Of a DNA stretch of 11,855 nt, positions 7,941-11,855 are shown piece after piece. Source of the DNA: a bacterium (lineage in GTDB: Bacteria; Fidelibacterota; Marinisomatia; Marinisomatales; UBA1611); the NCBI GenBank assembly GCA_038127595.1, contig JAYPIC010000025.1, positions 12,630 through 24,484 of the forward strand. Reading direction: 5' to 3'. Position 1 is the first letter of the stretch. Each line of letters begins with the position of its first letter. The position numbers and the translations under genes were made by a program. Under the pieces are notes generated by a model that was not told the DNA's origin, made no database searches, and worked only from the letters and a program-made list of their open reading frames with translations.

Positions 7941-8719
7941 TAATGAACAGCTATTAAAAATGATTCCGAAAAAACAGCATCATCTAGATCAACATCTGGT
8001 TTATAAGCTTTAACGTTCATAATGGTATAATTCCCATTTGGTCGTTTCATTTCTAATATTTTTGGAAGCCAGTATTCTCCACTTTTAACAATGTCTTTAA
8101 AAAATAATGTTTTCTCTAATGTTAAATTTTCTGAAAAGTATTCTACTTTGCGAACACGAAAAATTTTTGTATCTACAAATATTTTTTTCCTTTTATAACT
8201 ACTATCTTTTATTGGTGTAGATGAAATTACTGCACAACTATTCCCATTAATTATTTCTTGACCCTCATATTGAAAAATATCATCATTAATGTTCCTGTTT
8301 TCTAGATCCTCATATATAAAATCAGTGGACATAAATGATTTTGATTTTTCTTTGGATTTTACTTTTTTTGCCATTTTTAATTTTGGAAGAAAAAACCATT
8401 GATCGGAGGATCCATCTTCTTTCGTCCAACTTAACAAACCCGTACCTTTCACAGATTTTGGTTCTAAAAATTTGACCAAGGACTTTTGAAAATATTCATT
8501 ATTCTTATAACGTTTTTCATATCTAATGAAAGCCCTAGATTTTCTTTTTTCCTTATTAGCTCTTTTTCGAACTATTTCTAGCTTTACTTCCGAAATTGAT
8601 GTTGCAGGATTAGGCTGGCTAATGACCTTTTCCATGATTTTTTTTGCTTTGAAATCATCTTCATTTGCGATCAAAAAACTAAAAAGAATTAGAAAATAAA
8701 AGGATCTATGGCTCATCAT
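7940..8719 (-). CDS. LolA-like outer-membrane lipoprotein-sorting family protein (periplasmic lipid carrier)
   Basis: Signal peptide and the motifs F..P..VKGTGLL, DQWFFLP.LK, SFMSTDFIYEDL, Y.R..I.VD and C-terminal LDDAVFSESFL, typical of the LolA_like family. It lies downstream of an MMPL gene. The start could be 8719 or 8716. Confidence 0.85.
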   Translation of the reverse strand: MMSHRSFYFLILFSFLIANEDDFKAKKIMEKVISQPNPATSISEVKLEIVRKRANKEKRKSRAFIRYEKRYKNNEYFQKSLVKFLEPKSVKGTGLLSWTKEDGSSDQWFFLPKLKMAKKVKSKEKSKSFMSTDFIYEDLENRNINDDIFQYEGQEIINGNSCAVISSTPIKDSSYKRKKIFVDTKIFRVRKVEYFSENLTLEKTLFFKDIVKSGEYWLPKILEMKRPNGNYTIMNVKAYKPDVDLDDAVFSESFLIAVH

Positions 8720-9026
8720 TTTTTTCTTCTTTAATAAAGAGTAAACCTATCGGAGTAAAAATCAAACTAATTAAGGCCACCACGAGATAATCTTGACGCT
8801 GTTTAAACTCTGATATTCCAGCTAATTGTAAACATGAAAAGACATATATTATCAGAATAAGATCTGTGTTGCTTCTTCCCCATAAAACTAGGTTTTTTAG
8901 ATTAAAATCTTTAATACTAGCAGAACCATCTATATCCACATAATAATTATAGATCCATAATATTAATAACATTGCTGTTACACACAACATTATTAAACTG
9001 ACTAGTTTATCATTTGAACTTTTCAT
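8706..9026 (-). CDS. Small hypothetical membrane protein (about 3 TM segments)
   Basis: 106 aa with three hydrophobic stretches. Its ATG directly abuts the MMPL stop (TAAATG) and it overlaps the next gene by 14 nt. Confidence 0.7.
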   Translation of the reverse strand: MKSSNDKLVSLIMLCVTAMLLILWIYNYYVDIDGSASIKDFNLKNLVLWGRSNTDLILIIYVFSCLQLAGISEFKQRQDYLVVALISLIFTPIGLLFIKEEKNDEP

Positions 9027-11321
9027 TTATTTATATAAAAATTTTGGTTTAAATAAGCTAACAAGAGCTGGCAGAATGGCCATTCCACCAATCAAACAGA
9101 ACCCAATTGATGCCATAATTAATATACTGAACTCTTTTAAAGGCATGAAAACAGAAAACATTAAAACTGAAAAGCCAACGATTACTGAAATGCCATTAAA
9201 TAATATTCCTTTCCCTGATACTTTCATTGTATTAGAAATTGCATCATCCAAATTGTCCCCTTCCCTTAGATGCTCTCGGAGATGCCAAAGAAAATGTACA
9301 GAATAGTCTATACCAACACCAACTAAAATGCATGTTAGCAGAGATGTAGTCATATTAAGTGGAATACTAAAATTACCCAACAAGCCAAAAATAAGTATTA
9401 CAGCCAGCAGCATTGGAAGGCTTGCTAGTACCCCACCAATTAATGATCTAAATACTAACGCCATAATACTAAATAAAATTATTGAGGCTATTCCTAAACT
9501 AATGATTTGACCTCTTATTACAGAGTGACTTACTGCACCCAATAAAGCTGCCGGACCCGATAGCATTGGATTAATAGGCTGGCCGTCATAATAGTTTGAA
9601 TTTATATAATCCTCAGTATCGTCTACCAGGGCCATTAGATCTACGGTACTAACTTTTTTTATTCGTACGAATCCCTGAGTATAATTTGGATCATCAGTAT
9701 CATTTAATATTAGATCAAAATCATTATCCTCTCCCGCAATAGAATATAAAAACATATATTGTTCAATAAGCTCTCGGCTTGAAGGTATCTTTAAGGAATC
9801 AGGATTACCATTATGAAAGGAATAATGCATTTTTTTTACAACATCTGCAATAGAATATGTCGAGCTAACGATGCTATTTTTTTCTTTTATATGAGACATC
9901 AATTTGTCGATATGCCTTAATGATAGGGGATCATAAATATCACCCTCAATTAATATATTAAGCTGAGTTGATCCTCCGAAAACTTCACTAATTACAGCAC
10001 TTGATCTTCTAATTTTTGAATCTTTGGGAAAGTAGTTGTCTGGAACAGTATCAATTGTTATATCTCTTATGCCAAAAGAAAAAATAAACATTATCGAAAA
10101 TAAAACAGCTAAAAAAGGTATCCTATTCTTAACAAAAAACTTCCCCCAATTGACTAAAAAATTATTTACTGTCTCTAAGCTTTTTTCTTTTCCTAGGTAT
10201 GTTGGCCTTGGAACTAATATAAGAATCGCAGGTATCAGAAGAAGACTCAAGAAGAACGAAACCGCAATACCGAAGGATACTAATAAACCAATTTCTCTAA
10301 CCTTAGAAAGCTCATGAGTAACTAAACTCAGAAAACTAATTACCGTAGTAAACCCAGCGAGGAAAATAGGCATTCCCAACCTCTTCATAGTTCTCTTTAA
10401 AATTTCGATTCTATCTAAGTTTAAATCTAATTTGGTAAACTCATAATAATGAGATATGATGTGAATACCATAATTATTTGCAATTGCAATAAGCATAATT
10501 GGAATTAAGCCACCTATAATTGGAACAGATATGTCCAACCAAGCCATTAACCCGAACGTCCATAAAATGGAAAAACCAACTACAAACAAAGGTAAAAAAG
10601 TTCCCGTCCAACTTCTAAAGCTTAAAATTAATAGAAGTATCATTAAACCTAATGCTATAGGTGTAAATGTTCTCATATCTCTTTTTACACTATCAATAGA
10701 CTCCGCAGCAGAAATAATTGAGCTAGCGATATAGATATCTTCAATTCCTTTAAAGCCGTCAATGATTTTAAATAAGTTTTCTCTAAATGCTATTTCATCA
10801 AAATCAGTAGGTGCGGTAATTTGTGCAATGAAACACATAATATTTAGTTCTGCGGATATAAGACTACCGATAATTTCACTAGCCTGAATTTTTTCAATAA
10901 AAGCAGATACCTCCAATGAATCTTCAGGTATTTTGTTAAGTATTTTTTGTATTTCAAAGCCACCATCATCTGGAACAATATATTTTTGACTATAAATAGA
11001 AGCGACCCTGCTTACAGAAGGAATGTTTACTAAAGAATCATGTAAAGATGAATATTTACTCAAGATTTGCTCTGAAATTAAATTTTCAGATTCTACTGCA
11101 ATTACCACAATCTCATTGCTACTAAAAAGATCTTCAGCAAGCTCCATATTCTTTACAATTTTATGGTCTTTAGGTACCAAAGACCTCAGACCTGGATCGA
11201 TTTTCAACTCATTTATCTTCCACATAAAAAAAATGGTTAATAGCAATGTAAATGATATTATCGAACGCGGATAATGAGCATCTAATAAAAATAATCGTTT
11301 TATTATATTCTTAAGATTCAT
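9027..11321 (-). CDS. MMPL-family / RND superfamily lipid exporter
   Basis: 764 aa with a duplicated architecture of TM + periplasmic loop + 5 TM. Motifs LSFRSW.G..LPL, AIANNYGIH, P.FLAGFTTVISFLSL, FGGST.L.I, LVFRSL.GG, GVGIDYSVHF and GKGILFN. Confidence 0.92.
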   Translation of the reverse strand: MNLKNIIKRLFLLDAHYPRSIISFTLLLTIFFMWKINELKIDPGLRSLVPKDHKIVKNMELAEDLFSSNEIVVIAVESENLISEQILSKYSSLHDSLVNIPSVSRVASIYSQKYIVPDDGGFEIQKILNKIPEDSLEVSAFIEKIQASEIIGSLISAELNIMCFIAQITAPTDFDEIAFRENLFKIIDGFKGIEDIYIASSIISAAESIDSVKRDMRTFTPIALGLMILLLILSFRSWTGTFLPLFVVGFSILWTFGLMAWLDISVPIIGGLIPIMLIAIANNYGIHIISHYYEFTKLDLNLDRIEILKRTMKRLGMPIFLAGFTTVISFLSLVTHELSKVREIGLLVSFGIAVSFFLSLLLIPAILILVPRPTYLGKEKSLETVNNFLVNWGKFFVKNRIPFLAVLFSIMFIFSFGIRDITIDTVPDNYFPKDSKIRRSSAVISEVFGGSTQLNILIEGDIYDPLSLRHIDKLMSHIKEKNSIVSSTYSIADVVKKMHYSFHNGNPDSLKIPSSRELIEQYMFLYSIAGEDNDFDLILNDTDDPNYTQGFVRIKKVSTVDLMALVDDTEDYINSNYYDGQPINPMLSGPAALLGAVSHSVIRGQIISLGIASIILFSIMALVFRSLIGGVLASLPMLLAVILIFGLLGNFSIPLNMTTSLLTCILVGVGIDYSVHFLWHLREHLREGDNLDDAISNTMKVSGKGILFNGISVIVGFSVLMFSVFMPLKEFSILIMASIGFCLIGGMAILPALVSLFKPKFLYK

Positions 11322-11408
11322 AATGTTTTAAAGGTGTGGAATTTACATAGTAATATTTTTATATGTTAGGAACTACAATATCTAAATTTTTTATTAGTAA
11401 TATCTCAA
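11322..11408. promoter_or_regulatory. Divergent intergenic region, putative back-to-back promoters
   Basis: This 87-bp AT-rich stretch is the only substantial non-coding gap. TATGTAAATT on the minus strand (11340-11349) and TATCTAAATT on the plus strand (11379-11388) lie 18 and 20 nt upstream of their ATGs. Confidence 0.45.
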
Positions 11409-11855
11409 ATGATTGACTTGAAAAATCCAACAATAGTGCTTGCAAATGGAGAATTCCCCAAACATCAATCGGCTTTAGATTTTCTAAACTTTGATTATAA
11501 TATCATATGCACAGATGGTTCAGCTGATAAATTAGAGGAGCACGGGATACCTCCAAAAATAATAATCGGTGATTTTGATTCTGCTAAAATTGTACATAAA
11601 AAAAACGAAGCATTATGGATAGAGAGGCCGGACCAAAATAAAACTGATTTAGAAAAAACATTTGAATGGTGCTTATCAAAAAATATCAAGAAAATTATTC
11701 TACTTGGTGCAGGAGGTTTAAGAGAGGATCATACGCTTGGTAATTTATTTGTAGTTTCGAAGTTTTCTGAGCTTTTTGAAATTGAAGTAGTAACAAATTA
11801 TTCTACAATTTTTTGTATTAAAGGTTCAAAAACAATAGAAACAAAAATAGGACAG
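11409..11855 (+). CDS. thiN: Thiamine pyrophosphokinase (thiamine diphosphokinase), 3'-truncated by the window edge
   Basis: Not in the ORF track. From the ATG at 11409 it reads MIDLKNPTIVLANGEFP...IICTDGSADKL...IIIGDFDS...DQNKTDLEKT...LLGAGGLREDHTLGN, which are the TPK motifs. The frame is open to the window end. Confidence 0.93.
   Translation, partial: MIDLKNPTIVLANGEFPKHQSALDFLNFDYNIICTDGSADKLEEHGIPPKIIIGDFDSAKIVHKKNEALWIERPDQNKTDLEKTFEWCLSKNIKKIILLGAGGLREDHTLGNLFVVSKFSELFEIEVVTNYSTIFCIKGSKTIETKIGQ

Noticed and set aside
9076..11274. Five plus-strand ORFs, all in one frame, antisense to the MMPL gene
   Set aside because: They are broken by stops, have no motifs, and are explained by codon bias of the hydrophobic MMPL sequence.
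11495..11689. 64-aa minus-strand ORF
   Set aside because: It is the antisense shadow of thiN.
11409..11855. thiN as part of the sulfation system, or a TPP riboswitch upstream of it
   Set aside because: thiN is a divergent housekeeping gene. The 87-bp AT-rich spacer has no TPP-riboswitch signature (no CTGAGA core, no pairing stems).

Overview
AT-rich (roughly 30% GC by eye), gene-dense bacterial window. Two secreted proteins carry 'PNPFN...WDG/A...SSGxYF...KKxxxxK' C-terminal domains, which points to an FCB-superphylum organism (Marinimicrobia-like; inference only). Two tightly coupled operons converge with a 2-bp gap. Plus strand: C-terminal tail of a probable PAPS-dependent sulfotransferase (not in the ORF track), a signal-peptide START lipid-binding protein, an outer-membrane beta-barrel gene (700-2139) interrupted by one in-frame TAA at 1810-1812, and a non-canonical FabH/KAS III enzyme. 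Minus strand: MMPL/RND transporter, small 3-TM protein, LolA-like protein, bifunctional ATP sulfurylase/APS kinase (PAPS synthase), secreted aryl-sulfate sulfotransferase (ASST), and a secreted LRR protein. A divergent thiamine pyrophosphokinase (thiN, partial, not in the ORF track) closes the window. The main hypothesis is a sulfated-lipid synthesis/export locus, possibly a trans-envelope sulfate relay (PAPS to a lipid shuttle to a surface ASST). No RNA genes, CRISPR arrays or mobile elements were seen.
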